64,000 nucleotides of DNA. It comes from Fidelibacterota bacterium. Its GTDB lineage: Bacteria; Fidelibacterota; Marinisomatia; Marinisomatales; UBA1611. This document shows, one piece after another, positions 27,573-38,200 of the stretch; position 1 is the stretch's first letter, and the number at the start of each line of letters is the position of its first letter. Location of the stretch: NCBI GenBank assembly GCA_045568995.1, contig JBJKZY010000024.1:26518-90517 (forward strand). Direction: 5' to 3'. Position numbers and translations under genes: made by a program. The notes beneath the pieces are model-generated. The model searched no databases. It worked only from the letters and a program-made list of their open reading frames with translations, and was not told the origin of the DNA.

Positions 27573-28562
27573 CTAGTTTTGTGTGCTAGCTCTGATAATT
27601 ATTTCAACAGGAACCATAGAAAATTGTCTTATTATTTCATTGCTATCATTCACCATATTCTCAATTGTTCGTATTGCCCGCTTACCTAGAACATCAAAGT
27701 TGGTCGCAACAGAAGTAAGCTCTGGAGTAAAATTATCACAAAAGGATAGGTTGTCAAATCCTGCAATAATAAAATCTTCAGGGATTTTGTATTTAGCCTC
27801 TAAAGCCGATTTCATAAAGCCAAAACAAGTATGGTCATTACATCCAAAGATTGCCAGATTAGGGATGTTTTGATTTTTATAATCAGCGAATGCTGCTCTT
27901 CCAGATTCGCTGCTAAAATCCCCTTTGAATTCCCATGCAAGGTTAAGGTCTTGCTTTTCATTAATATGGTCGATAAAACCATTTTTTCGAAAAGCTGCAT
28001 CTATTGCGTCATGTGGGCCAGATATAATGCCAAAATTTTTATAGCCTTGCTCTTCAAAATGTTTTGCAATCATATAACCACCACTGTAAGAATCGAAGGA
28101 TACGGTGTCAATGGTAGGGTTTTTCATAGGAGTCAAAGATATAATTGGATATTTCCCAACACCTTTGCGGATACTTTTATAATCAATTTTTTCTAAGTTG
28201 GGTAAAAACAGACATATACCACTATACTTTTTACTAAGGTTAATGATATGCTGAACAGGATCATCGCTATGTTTTGCAAGGTTGACAAAAACAACATCCG
28301 ATTCAGAGTTCTTGCTGGAGTTATAAAACCCATTAAACAAGGATGAATAAAATTCGCCTTGGTGAACTTCTGTTACTAATGCTATAGTAAGTTGTTCACC
28401 TTCATTCAAATCACCAATAAAAGGATATCCAAGTTTTCTAGCTGAAGCGTAAATAATTTCTTCATTTTTAGAATATCTTCTTTTATTTCGGCGAAGAGCC
28501 CTTGAAACCGTAGCAATAGAAAGGCCAGTATCATCGGCTACTTGTTTTAGTGTTGTGCGCAA
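27573..28562 (-). CDS. LacI-family transcriptional regulator
   Basis: N-terminal HTH TLKQVADDTGLSIATVSRAL followed by a periplasmic-binding-protein-like sugar-sensor domain. Sits between the two divergent glycan operons. Confidence 0.85.
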   Translation of the reverse strand: MRTTLKQVADDTGLSIATVSRALRRNKRRYSKNEEIIYASARKLGYPFIGDLNEGEQLTIALVTEVHQGEFYSSLFNGFYNSSKNSESDVVFVNLAKHSDDPVQHIINLSKKYSGICLFLPNLEKIDYKSIRKGVGKYPIISLTPMKNPTIDTVSFDSYSGGYMIAKHFEEQGYKNFGIISGPHDAIDAAFRKNGFIDHINEKQDLNLAWEFKGDFSSESGRAAFADYKNQNIPNLAIFGCNDHTCFGFMKSALEAKYKIPEDFIIAGFDNLSFCDNFTPELTSVATNFDVLGKRAIRTIENMVNDSNEIIRQFSMVPVEIIIRASTQN

Positions 28563-28620
28563 GTATATATCTTTTAATTATTGGTGGAATACAATAAAAA
28601 AAGGTATTAAAGAAAAACAA

Positions 28621-28684
28621 TTATTGCAAATTTTTTTCATTAATTTGAAAAACTTTGAAAAAAGATTGCATTTTTTTGCAATAA
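28621..28684. promoter_or_regulatory. Candidate operator cluster: repeated TTGCAA/ATTGCA half-sites in the divergent promoter region
   Basis: TTATTGCAAA (28621-28630) is the exact reverse complement of TTTGCAATAA (28675-28684). A local palindrome ATTGCA-TTTTTT-TGCAAT lies at 28665-28682. A further TGCAAT is at 28772-28777. TGCAA-type half-sites are typical of LacI-family operators, but the spacing here is atypical. Confidence 0.25.
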
Positions 28685-28799
28685 TGAACTATTTTTGTAT
28701 AGTTGGAAAAATAATATGTGATTCCAATCAAATGTTTAGAGATGCAAATTTTGTAATATTAATAAAATCTCTGCAATACAATAATAAGGAGCAATTACA

Positions 28800-31700
28800 A
28801 TGAATAAATGGATAACAACATTCATTTTCGTTCTTTTACCTGCCATGTCATTTAGCCAGGTAATAAACAATTTTGATACAGAGCTAGAAGCTGATTATTT
28901 TGGCACGGAAAACTCTGATGCCGCAGATCCTACTCTAAGTAATACAACGGTAACTACCGTATCTCCTGGTTACAATAGTCCTGGTGCTATTCAGGTAGAT
29001 TACAGTGTTCATAACAGTGAAAGTTGGGGTGGGTATACTAAATTATACCATTACGCTAACCCATTTGGTGATGACGCAGGTTCTCCTTTAGAAGGAACTT
29101 GGATGTTGGCGCCAACAGCAGGGGCATTGAGAGTTGGTCCTGAGGCAGGTAGTGGAGAGTGGTGGTCAAATTCTGAAGAGGATGTTACCAATAGAGCCTG
29201 TGTCTTTGATGATCACTACGTCTTCAACGCAGATGGATCTTTTCAAAATGTTCAAGGTGAGGAGACTTGGTTAGAGCCATGGCAAGGATCTGATCCAGAA
29301 GCATGTGGTGCTCCAGTAGCTCCTCACAACGGGTCGAATCCTGCTACCTGGGAGTACAATGACGCCTCAGGAGAAGTTACTTTAACAGGATTGGGTGCAT
29401 ATCTAGGATTGCCAAAAGCTGTAAATGCAGGGGAACTGAGTTCAGACAATCCTCCTCCTGTACCGGAGTCGGTAACTTATACAGCTACTTTGGAAGGTGA
29501 TATGATGACGCTTGTTATTGAATGTGGTACCGGAGTTTTTTGGACGTTTACATTAATGTCACAGGCTCAGGATACACCTCTATCGGGTAGTTGGATGTTA
29601 TCTCCTGAAGCAGGGGCTTTACAGGTTGGACCTGCTGCAGGTAGTGGAGAGTGGTGGTCTATTTCGGAAGAAGATGTAATAAATAGATCTTGTCTTTTTG
29701 ATGATCGCTATGTTTTAAACGCAGATGGTTCGTTTCAAAATGTGCAAGGAGATCAAACATGGCTTGAACCTTGGCAGGGATCGGATCCGGAAGCATGCGG
29801 TGCACCTCTAGCACCTCATGATGGTTCGAATCCGGCAACGTGGGAATACGACGCTGTATCAGGAGAAGTTACTCTGACAGGGTTAGGAGCATATTTGGGT
29901 CTTCCTAAAGCTGTAAATGCAGGGGAACTGAGTTCAGACAATCCTCCTCCTGTACCGGAGTCGGTAACTTATACAGCTACTTTGGAAGGTGATATGATGA
30001 CGCTTGTTATTGAATGTGGTACAGGCGTGTTTTGGACATTTAAGTTAGTTCCCTCCCAAACTAGAGTTGCCGTTGCAGATTTTTCTGATGATATTTTCCA
30101 TTCTTTATTGGAAATGAGGCCTAGAGATGGACATGGTCCTTGGGATTGGTCTGGATACGATAGCCTTTCATTTTCTTACAACAATACACTTGCTCAGTGT
30201 GACAACAATGGTAACTGTGGTGATGCGGCGCCAGATCGTGTGCATTTAAGGCTAAACTTAAGTGACTATGCTGGTATTGCAGATCCTTTAAATTACACAG
30301 GCTTAGGTGAATATTTTTACTCCTTCCACTACATAATGGATACGGAGCCAGGTTGGAATACAGTTACCATTCCGTTGGTAAATAATTATAGTAGTAATGG
30401 AGATGGATTTAATTTGACTGGATGGGCTGGTGAATCGGATAATGGTGAATTGGATAAGCATGCTATAGGAGGCTTCCATTTTGAATTTTCTATAAGTGGA
30501 GGTGGAGATGGTGACTATGCATTTGGGACCATTATTTTTGATGAATTTCAATTGACAGGATCTCTAAATCAGTTGACCAACCCAGGGTTTGAACTTCCTG
30601 ACATGCAGGATGATGGTATGGGATGGGGTTCTGCTTTAGGTGGAGGATATGCTGATGTCGTAATGGATCCTTCCATGGCCCATAGTGGCGATAGCTACCT
30701 CAGTATTGGTGTTACGGACAACTGGGCTGTATACTATAATGAAGATACTGTGGCAGCGCAATTTGGGGAAACATGGAGATTGAGTGGCTATGGTAAAAAA
30801 ATGTTAGGTGATGATGTCGATGGAGCAGCATTTAAACTTGAAGGAAAAGATGCAGATGGTACTGTTCTTGGTACTACAGGCGATGTATTCCTACCTATAA
30901 CAGAGGAATGGGGAGAACACTCTATTGAATTTGTTATGCCAGAAGGAACAGAAACAGTCACAGCAGTCATTGTTGTTTCCAGATGGGATGGAGTAGAAGT
31001 TAACTACGCCTTTGATGATATGTTTTTAATGAGTATGGGTGTTTTAGATGTGATTCCGCCTCTTGCTGTTGAAGATATTGGAGCAGTCCCGGCAACAAAC
31101 TATAACCTAGTGACATGGTCAGATAATGCTGGTGAAGATGAAGAGACATACAATGTGTATGCGAGTACATCTCCAATTGAAGATCTTTCAGATCCTTCTG
31201 TTGATGTCGTTGCTGTTGGTGTTTTAGAGGGAAGTCAAGCTGCTGTGCACTATCTTTTTCATCCTTTGGAAGATACAGATGTAACCTATTATTATGCTGT
31301 CGTTTGTAAAGACGCATCCAATAATGTTGGTCCTCCAGGAACTTCTGCGAGCTCAATTACAAATACAGCTAAGGGTGTTCCGACTATTTCTCTTACCCCT
31401 CCATCTTCCTTTGCTGCGGATGGAGACTTAACGGAATGGTATGACAGTGGAATTGAACCTTTTATGATTGGGGCTACTGAAAACTCTTACGGTACTCCAA
31501 ATGTTGGAATGGGAACTGTGGATGATGATAATGATTTGCATGGTACTTTTTATGTAGCTGTTGATAATGATTATTTATACATCGCTGCAGAGGTGCTAGA
31601 TAATATAGTTGTTAATGATCAAACTAGTGGATGGTGGACTTCAGATGTTGTTCAAGTTTGTTTAGGTCTTTATGATCAGAGGGGTCCTAAACATGTTGGG

Positions 31701-32342
31701 ATGCAAAGAGGTGAACAGCCAGACTACAAAATGTATTTCCTCCCAGAGGGTGCCTATTCTGATAATGGTGCAGGCACTTTGGCTGAGCAGGGAGATGGTA
31801 ATTATTTCTATGAAACATATAACCCTGACTATGCGTTTGAGTTTCGTATTTCTTTGGATGATATCTTAATTGATGATGATGTTAGACTTACACCAGCTAA
31901 TGGGATGAGGACTCCATTTGAGCCAATGATTCATGACAATGATGGAGATGGTTGGGAGGGTCAATTAGTCCTTTCGGCAACCAATGATGATATGGCGCAC
32001 CAAACTTGTGAGGTCTGGTCTTCTACATGGCTTGGAGATCAAGCTACTATGGTAAGCACCGATGACGATATTGTGGTAAATGAGTTTGCTTTACATCAGA
32101 ACTATCCAAACCCATTTAATCCTCAGACAACGATCAAGTTTTCACTTCCTGAAGCACAGAGAGTTAACTTGTCTGTCTATAATATGATTGGTCAACAGGT
32201 GTTAACACTTGTTGATCAAGAGTTGCCAGCGGGTTATCATACTGCTAAGTGGTATGCCGGTAATATTGCATCGGGTGTATATATTTACAGATTAACATCC
32301 AATGGAAAATCGTTGACTCAGAAAATGCTATTGATGAAATAG
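28800..32342 (+). CDS. Surface glycan-binding protein: two tandem copies of a 164-aa Trp-rich module, a CBM4/9-like domain, an FN3-like domain, a CBM9/DOMON-like domain and a T9SS CTD
   Basis: 1180 aa with a signal peptide and an AAGGAG RBS. Repeated module ...GTWMLAPTAGALRVGPEAGSGEWWS...DDHYVFNADGSFQNVQGEETWLEPWQG.... CBM4/9-like NPGFELPD...HSGDSYLSI...YAFDDMFL. CBM9-like ADGDLTEW...DLHGTFYVAVDNDYLYIAAEV. CTD YPNPFNPQTTIKFSL...GVYIYRL...MLLMK. No catalytic motif recognised. Confidence 0.6.
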   Translation: MNKWITTFIFVLLPAMSFSQVINNFDTELEADYFGTENSDAADPTLSNTTVTTVSPGYNSPGAIQVDYSVHNSESWGGYTKLYHYANPFGDDAGSPLEGTWMLAPTAGALRVGPEAGSGEWWSNSEEDVTNRACVFDDHYVFNADGSFQNVQGEETWLEPWQGSDPEACGAPVAPHNGSNPATWEYNDASGEVTLTGLGAYLGLPKAVNAGELSSDNPPPVPESVTYTATLEGDMMTLVIECGTGVFWTFTLMSQAQDTPLSGSWMLSPEAGALQVGPAAGSGEWWSISEEDVINRSCLFDDRYVLNADGSFQNVQGDQTWLEPWQGSDPEACGAPLAPHDGSNPATWEYDAVSGEVTLTGLGAYLGLPKAVNAGELSSDNPPPVPESVTYTATLEGDMMTLVIECGTGVFWTFKLVPSQTRVAVADFSDDIFHSLLEMRPRDGHGPWDWSGYDSLSFSYNNTLAQCDNNGNCGDAAPDRVHLRLNLSDYAGIADPLNYTGLGEYFYSFHYIMDTEPGWNTVTIPLVNNYSSNGDGFNLTGWAGESDNGELDKHAIGGFHFEFSISGGGDGDYAFGTIIFDEFQLTGSLNQLTNPGFELPDMQDDGMGWGSALGGGYADVVMDPSMAHSGDSYLSIGVTDNWAVYYNEDTVAAQFGETWRLSGYGKKMLGDDVDGAAFKLEGKDADGTVLGTTGDVFLPITEEWGEHSIEFVMPEGTETVTAVIVVSRWDGVEVNYAFDDMFLMSMGVLDVIPPLAVEDIGAVPATNYNLVTWSDNAGEDEETYNVYASTSPIEDLSDPSVDVVAVGVLEGSQAAVHYLFHPLEDTDVTYYYAVVCKDASNNVGPPGTSASSITNTAKGVPTISLTPPSSFAADGDLTEWYDSGIEPFMIGATENSYGTPNVGMGTVDDDNDLHGTFYVAVDNDYLYIAAEVLDNIVVNDQTSGWWTSDVVQVCLGLYDQRGPKHVGMQRGEQPDYKMYFLPEGAYSDNGAGTLAEQGDGNYFYETYNPDYAFEFRISLDDILIDDDVRLTPANGMRTPFEPMIHDNDGDGWEGQLVLSATNDDMAHQTCEVWSSTWLGDQATMVSTDDDIVVNEFALHQNYPNPFNPQTTIKFSLPEAQRVNLSVYNMIGQQVLTLVDQELPAGYHTAKWYAGNIASGVYIYRLTSNGKSLTQKMLLMK
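29082..30065 (+). repeat. Intragenic tandem duplication (2 x 492 nt) with a 116-nt perfectly identical core
   Basis: W101 and W265 are homologous positions, giving a 164-aa period. nt 29415-29530 and 29907-30022 are identical base for base, while the rest of the repeat carries many synonymous differences. Confidence 0.85.
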
Positions 32343-32357
32343 CAGCAAACTACTACC

Positions 32358-32391
32358 AAAATATAATGGGCGATATCGCCCATTATATTTT
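32358..32391 (+). terminator. Rho-independent terminator / perfect 34-nt palindrome
   Basis: AAAATATAATGGGCGATATCGCCCATTATATTTT equals its own reverse complement. It has a GC-rich centre and a T-run, and starts 16 nt after the stop codon of the 28800..32342 gene. Confidence 0.7.
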
Positions 32392-32454
32392 GTGATCTTT
32401 TAGACCAATTATTTGTTTATTTTTAATGGTGATTCTTAATTAAATACTGTACAA

Positions 32455-35235
32455 ATGCTAAGATACCTGAGCTTTATTTTATTTGTTTCCTTGTCTTTTT
32501 CTCAAACTACAGGAAAAATTTCTGGTTTTGTGAATGATAAAGAAAAGGGAGATGCTCTTCCTGGAGCTAATATATATATAGTTAATTCTTCTTACGGTAC
32601 TGCTTCGGATGGTGATGGCAGATTTACTATTATCAATATACCTCCAGGAAAATATACCGTAAAAGTAGATATGATTGGATACAAGTCTGTTCAATTGGAT
32701 GAACTTATAGTTTCCGTAAATCGAACTACTTCACTTGATATTGAAATGGAGTCTACGGTTATTGAAGGAGAGGTTGTCACGGTTGAAGTCTCTCGATTGA
32801 CTCAGAAAAAAGATCAAACTGGTACGATAAAAAACATATCTAGCGAAGAGATAGACGCTCTTCCCGTAGAGAATATTGGCAGTGTAATTAATATGCAGGC
32901 AGGCGTTGTAAATGGTCACTTTCGAGGTGGTAGAAATACCGAAGTAACTTACATGGTTGACGGTGTGCAGGTAGATGAATCTTTTGGGGGAGGGAGTGCA
33001 GCTGTTGATATTCAGCCAGAAGCAGTACAAGACTTAGAAGTTATTACGGGTACTTTTAATGCAGAATATGGTCGTGCAATGAGCGGAGTCGTAAATATGG
33101 TTACTCGAGATGGAGGTCCAAGGTTTGAAGGATCCATATCTGCTGCTTCATCTTCTTTTTTTACTAATAGCAAAGATAGCAATGGGGATGATGTTTTTAT
33201 AGGGTTGTCTCCAGGCCTGAACCGTAGCGAAGATTTAAAGCTTAGCTTTGGCGGACCAATTTTGGGAGATAAGATTACCTTTTTTACTAACATTAGAAAA
33301 CAGGATAATCAAGGACACTTAAATGGGTTAAGGCGTTTTAAACCGTATGACATAAGTGACTTTACTTCCGATGAGCCTGAAGATTGGTTTTCAACTAGCT
33401 CAGGTGATAGTTCCTACGTGCCTATGAATACAGGAGACAACTTTTCTTCACTTTTGAAATTAGGATTTAATATTTTTAAAGGGATAAGATTTTCATTTCT
33501 CAATTCTTATAGCGATGATACTTGGTATTGGTATGATCATTCAATGAAGTATAATCCAGATGGTAGAGTAGGTAGCCATAAAGAAACTTTTTATTCTGCT
33601 TTTCAATTAAATCATATGATTACCCCAAAGCTTTTTTATGAACTTAAGCTAGCATATATGGAAAACAAGACAGGTACTTATTTGCATGAAGATCCATTTG
33701 CTTTTATTATCGCTGACGGCTCTAATTATGATCAGCTTTTTGATACAGGGTATGGTTCTATCCCTATTTATCATGACGGTTTACCACACGAAGAAGGCGA
33801 TACTGTATATCTTTATATTCATGATAGACATCTTGAAAATTATGGATCAGGATTTTTTACGGGTGGACAGCAGAAGGAAAATACAAAACACAGAGACCTA
33901 GACCGAACTGTTAAATTTGATTTGACATGGCAAGCAAATCACAATCATAGTTTTAAACTTGGACTGATGGGCATTACTCATAACGTAAATCATAAATGGC
34001 AAACCATACGGAATAAGTATGATGGTCAATCCAATATTGATTTTCTTCTTTATAAACCAGAAGTATTTGGAGATTCTACTGTATATGCTGACATTTATAA
34101 TGTAAAACCGAAAGAAGCGGCCGCATATTTACAAGATAAGATGGAATTCGAAAACATGGTTATTAATTTTGGTTTACGATATGATTATTTTGATCCTGCT
34201 AGCTATTACCCATCAGATAGTAGAAACCCTGCAAATCAATTAGTTCTCCCTGACTCGATGATGTCTGAACAGGTATCTGCTCCGGTGATTGATCAAATAA
34301 GTCCTCGGGTTGGCTTTGCATATCAACTTGGCAATCAAGCAGTTCTTCATTTTAGTTATGGGCACTTTTTTCAAATGCCTCCATTATATTCTATGTATCA
34401 GAACAAAAGCTTTTTAGTGGCTCCAAGCGACTATTCTACTACAATGGGTAGTGTTCTTCTTGAGCCTGAAAAAACAATTACATATGAGATAGGTCTGTGG
34501 CAAGAATTAACCCGTGGCTTAAATCTCGATGTTGCATTGTTTTATAGAGATATATACAATTTATTGAGCACAAAAATTATTTCAACCTATAACCAAATTG
34601 AATACGGCTTGTATAGCAATAAAGACTATGGTAATGCGCGAGGTTTAGAGGTTACATTGGATCTTGGATATGGTGCTCTTAAAGGGATGGCAAACTATAC
34701 CTTGCAGTATACAAGAGGGAATGCCGATAACCCCACTCAAACATTTGATAGAGCAGGTAATAACATGGACCCTGTTAATCGTTTCATTCCGATGAGTTGG
34801 GATCAGAGACATACTTTAAATGGTACTATGATGTTCCTTGGTGCTAAATATGGAGGAACTGTAACTGCTTACTATAATTCAGGTTCACCATATACTTTTT
34901 CACCACAAAGTGAAAGTGTTTTATCCAGGATAAATCTTTACCCCAATAATGATTATAAACCTTCAACGTATACAGTTGATGCCACTCTCTATTATAATTT
35001 TAAATTGTTCGATCGTTTTACTGGAAAAGTTGATCTTACTATTTATAATCTTCTTGATAGATTAAATGAAAATGGTGTGGATAGTGAGACTGGACGTGCT
35101 TACACAGCCGTTATTAGACAAACAGACTATGCTGGTCACAGAAGCGATTTCAATGAGTTTGAAGATAGAATAAAAAACCCATCGATGTTCTCCTCGCCAA
35201 GAATGATGAAGCTTGCTGTTGGGATAAATTTTTAG
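32455..35235 (+). CDS. TonB-dependent outer-membrane transporter with a CarboxypepD_reg-like N-terminal domain (SusC-like, but no SusD partner)
   Basis: 926 aa with a signal peptide. GKISGFVNDKEKGDALPGANIYI...GRFTIINIPPGKYTVKVDMIGYKS. Plug region (...DALPVENIGSVINMQAGV...TYMVDGVQV). Long beta-barrel ending ...KLAVGINF (terminal Phe). Confidence 0.85.
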   Translation: MLRYLSFILFVSLSFSQTTGKISGFVNDKEKGDALPGANIYIVNSSYGTASDGDGRFTIINIPPGKYTVKVDMIGYKSVQLDELIVSVNRTTSLDIEMESTVIEGEVVTVEVSRLTQKKDQTGTIKNISSEEIDALPVENIGSVINMQAGVVNGHFRGGRNTEVTYMVDGVQVDESFGGGSAAVDIQPEAVQDLEVITGTFNAEYGRAMSGVVNMVTRDGGPRFEGSISAASSSFFTNSKDSNGDDVFIGLSPGLNRSEDLKLSFGGPILGDKITFFTNIRKQDNQGHLNGLRRFKPYDISDFTSDEPEDWFSTSSGDSSYVPMNTGDNFSSLLKLGFNIFKGIRFSFLNSYSDDTWYWYDHSMKYNPDGRVGSHKETFYSAFQLNHMITPKLFYELKLAYMENKTGTYLHEDPFAFIIADGSNYDQLFDTGYGSIPIYHDGLPHEEGDTVYLYIHDRHLENYGSGFFTGGQQKENTKHRDLDRTVKFDLTWQANHNHSFKLGLMGITHNVNHKWQTIRNKYDGQSNIDFLLYKPEVFGDSTVYADIYNVKPKEAAAYLQDKMEFENMVINFGLRYDYFDPASYYPSDSRNPANQLVLPDSMMSEQVSAPVIDQISPRVGFAYQLGNQAVLHFSYGHFFQMPPLYSMYQNKSFLVAPSDYSTTMGSVLLEPEKTITYEIGLWQELTRGLNLDVALFYRDIYNLLSTKIISTYNQIEYGLYSNKDYGNARGLEVTLDLGYGALKGMANYTLQYTRGNADNPTQTFDRAGNNMDPVNRFIPMSWDQRHTLNGTMMFLGAKYGGTVTAYYNSGSPYTFSPQSESVLSRINLYPNNDYKPSTYTVDATLYYNFKLFDRFTGKVDLTIYNLLDRLNENGVDSETGRAYTAVIRQTDYAGHRSDFNEFEDRIKNPSMFSSPRMMKLAVGINF

Positions 35236-38200
35236 TGTCTTTCAGATCTTTTATAACCGTCTTTTCCATTTTATTTCTGGGTCTTGAATTTTCTTTTTCT
35301 CAGGGGAAGGAGTATGAAGGACCAGAAGATCCTGCTGGTGATATAGCTGCTGAAAAAGAAGGATATATGACCGGTAATAGAGTTTTTATTTATTTTCGTA
35401 ATACAACCGAACTTTCTGATTGGCCAAGGGTAAATGTATCAAAATGGCCTAACAATCCTGATGGGTTAAAAATGACGGATGGTATTGGGCTCATGATTGG
35501 AGCCAAAGTATACATAGAAGATGATGGAGACGAAAGTACTATTGATACTATACCTATGACAGATCTTCTAGATTTAATAAATCCAAATAATAATAGGCAT
35601 ACCCTTCACTATTTACAAACAAGCTACAGAGAAGAAATGGATCTTGACCCAACGGGAACGGTTGAATGGGGTTTCTATCCGGTCTTTGGATACTTTAATG
35701 AAACAGGTGAATATCCAGGGTTATCCAATTTGCCAAGTTCGTGGCCGATCAACGGGTGGCCTTCAACAGGTCTAGAAACAAAATGGCCTGGGGAGTGGAA
35801 TGGAAGATTTGGGCGCGGAGTCACGTATGCGGACCAAGAATCTTATTATGTTGTAAATGATGCTCAGGACCAAGAGAATTTAGGCTCAGAAGATAAGGTT
35901 AGATATTATCCAAGACCTGGACATTCCATTGGTGATTTAAAGTCAGACGTTACGATTCAACCAGGATCTCCATGGGGAGGACTTGGTTTACGAGTTTCTG
36001 TGAGAGGGTTCCAGTGGAACAATCCGCAAGCTAGAGATGCAATATTTTGGGAATATTCGGTTGCCAATGTTTCAGATTATGATTTGAGAGATGTCGCTTT
36101 TGGTTATTGGTTGGATAACTCTATTGGTGGAGATGGAGATGATGATCTTGGTTTTTTTAATAAGCAAGAGGACATGGCCTATTCTTGGGACATTAATGGT
36201 ATTGGCGCTGGAGGATTGCCTACAGGAGTAATGGGTTTTGCCTATCTAGAGAGTCCTGGACTTGCCTATGATAATATTGATAATGATAACGATGGCTTGA
36301 TAGATGAAAAAAGAGATAATGAGGCAACTGCATTAATTGGACCAACGGATGGGATAACTGATTTAAACGCCTTTTTAGATTTTTATAAACTGAATGTAGA
36401 AGATTTGAAAGAGCATTGGGACGCAGATGAGGATCAAGATTGGGAAGATGGTGATGATGCAAATGGGGATGGTATTTATCAAATATCAGAAGATTACGGT
36501 GACGACATAGGTGTTGACGGAGTAGGACCTGGCGAATTAAACTACACTGGACCGGATGCTGATGGAAGTGAGGGAAACCATCGTCCAGATTTTGTTGAAG
36601 GTGTAGGCTGTGAGCCGAACTTTAATACAACAGATGTGTCAGAGTCAGATATGGTAGGTCTTACTACATTTCGTATGTTTCCAATTCCAAGTCACGCTCC
36701 GTCTAACGAGACAACATGGTTTAAAAATGATGAAGCAATGTGGGGTCTTATTGGAGTGGATTCGCTAGAAGAATATCTTGATAATGTCTCCAATTTAGTT
36801 GAGGTCTTTGCTTCAGGACCTTTTCCTTTATATCAGGGTCGCGTTGAGAGAATCTCTATGTCCGAGCTTCACTCATATGATCCACTAGAAGGGTTAAGCT
36901 CGGATGATCATACCGCACCAGCTTTATATGAGTTAAAAAGAATCGTTCAGGTCATTTATGAAAAAGATTATAGGTTTGCTCAGCCTCCTAAAATGCCAAC
37001 GCTTACCGCTACTGCTGGAGATAGTAAGGTTGTACTTACTTGGGATGATGTGGCTGATACAAAAACAAGAGATCCCTTTGTTGGAAATATCAATGATTTC
37101 GAGGGATATAAAGTATATAGAAGCACAGACAAATACATGTCCGATCCTGAAATTATTACCGATGGATATGGAACTCCAATGTTTAAGAAGCCTATATACC
37201 AATGTGATTTAGTGGATGATATCTCTGGATTTACAGATTTTGGTTTGGTAAATGGAGCCGGTTATAATCTGGGTGCAGAGACTGGAATCACTCATATTTT
37301 TGTAGATAATACCGTTCAAAATGGTAGGACTTATTATTACGCTGTTGTTGCTTATGATTTTGGTGCTCCAAATATCGGGCCAGGTATTGCACCTTCAGAA
37401 AATAATGCAGTTATTGAACTAGGTGAAGCAGAAGAAATTCGATCTGTTGGTAAGAATGTTGCGGTGGTTACTCCGCATCAACGAGCTGCTGGTTATATTC
37501 CACCAACCATAGAGCTAGAAGAAAATGAATTGCTGGGAACAGGGCGAATAGATCCTTTAATACGTGCTCAGGGTAGTCTGAAACAAAATCATCAGTATGG
37601 TATAACCTTTGAAGTGGATACAATTGCTGAAATTGGTGGTTACGAATTTGGTTTTCAGTACGTTACAAATGGCGTAAAAATATTTGATGAAACAGATAGT
37701 ACTGTTTTGGTGTACTCAGAGGATACTTCAAAATATGTGGGACAAAATTTAGTTTTTAAAGATACTGCAAATTATTGGACATTAAATACTACAGAGCCAG
37801 TTTTAACGGATGTTTTTGATGGTCTACAAGTAGAAATTGACCAAGGAGTAGAGTTTCCAAAATATAGTTATGAAGGATCTGGATGGATTAATGGTTCTGG
37901 TATCATGAGAATTACTCCAACTAATATTGAAGCACTAAGACTTGCCTGGAAATATAATATTGTATTCACAGATGAAGATTCTGCTTATGTAGGCATCGCT
38001 AGATCAGGAACGGTAAGAGATGAAACAGGCTCTTCAATTGGTTCAAATAAGATTACCGAACCAGCGGTGAATTTTTACGTCCAAAATACTTCCTTTATTG
38101 ATACTGCTACTGGACAATATCCTTTGATGGATGTTGTTGTACATGATGTGAATAATAATGATACATTAGAAATTGGTATAGATAGATTTTTTATTGGGGC

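Noticed and set aside
28555-28803. An 82-aa + strand ORF covering the LacI/28800 intergenic region.
   Set aside because: It spans the AT-rich divergent promoter and gives a low-complexity Lys/Asn/Phe/Ile translation. It runs into the real start at 28800, which has its own AAGGAG RBS. It is more likely non-coding regulatory DNA.
31000-31356. A 118-aa Gln/His-rich antisense ORF inside the 1180-aa surface protein gene (also 30303..30551 and 30788..30970).
   Set aside because: It is antisense to a gene with clear CBM and CTD domains. The compositional bias simply mirrors the sense-strand codons.
36220-36462. An antisense ORF starting MHHHHLPNLDPHL..., which looks like a His-tag or metal-binding peptide.
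   Set aside because: It is the reverse-complement reading of the Asp-rich (GAT/GAC-repeat) segment of the 1156-aa protein, so it is a compositional artefact.
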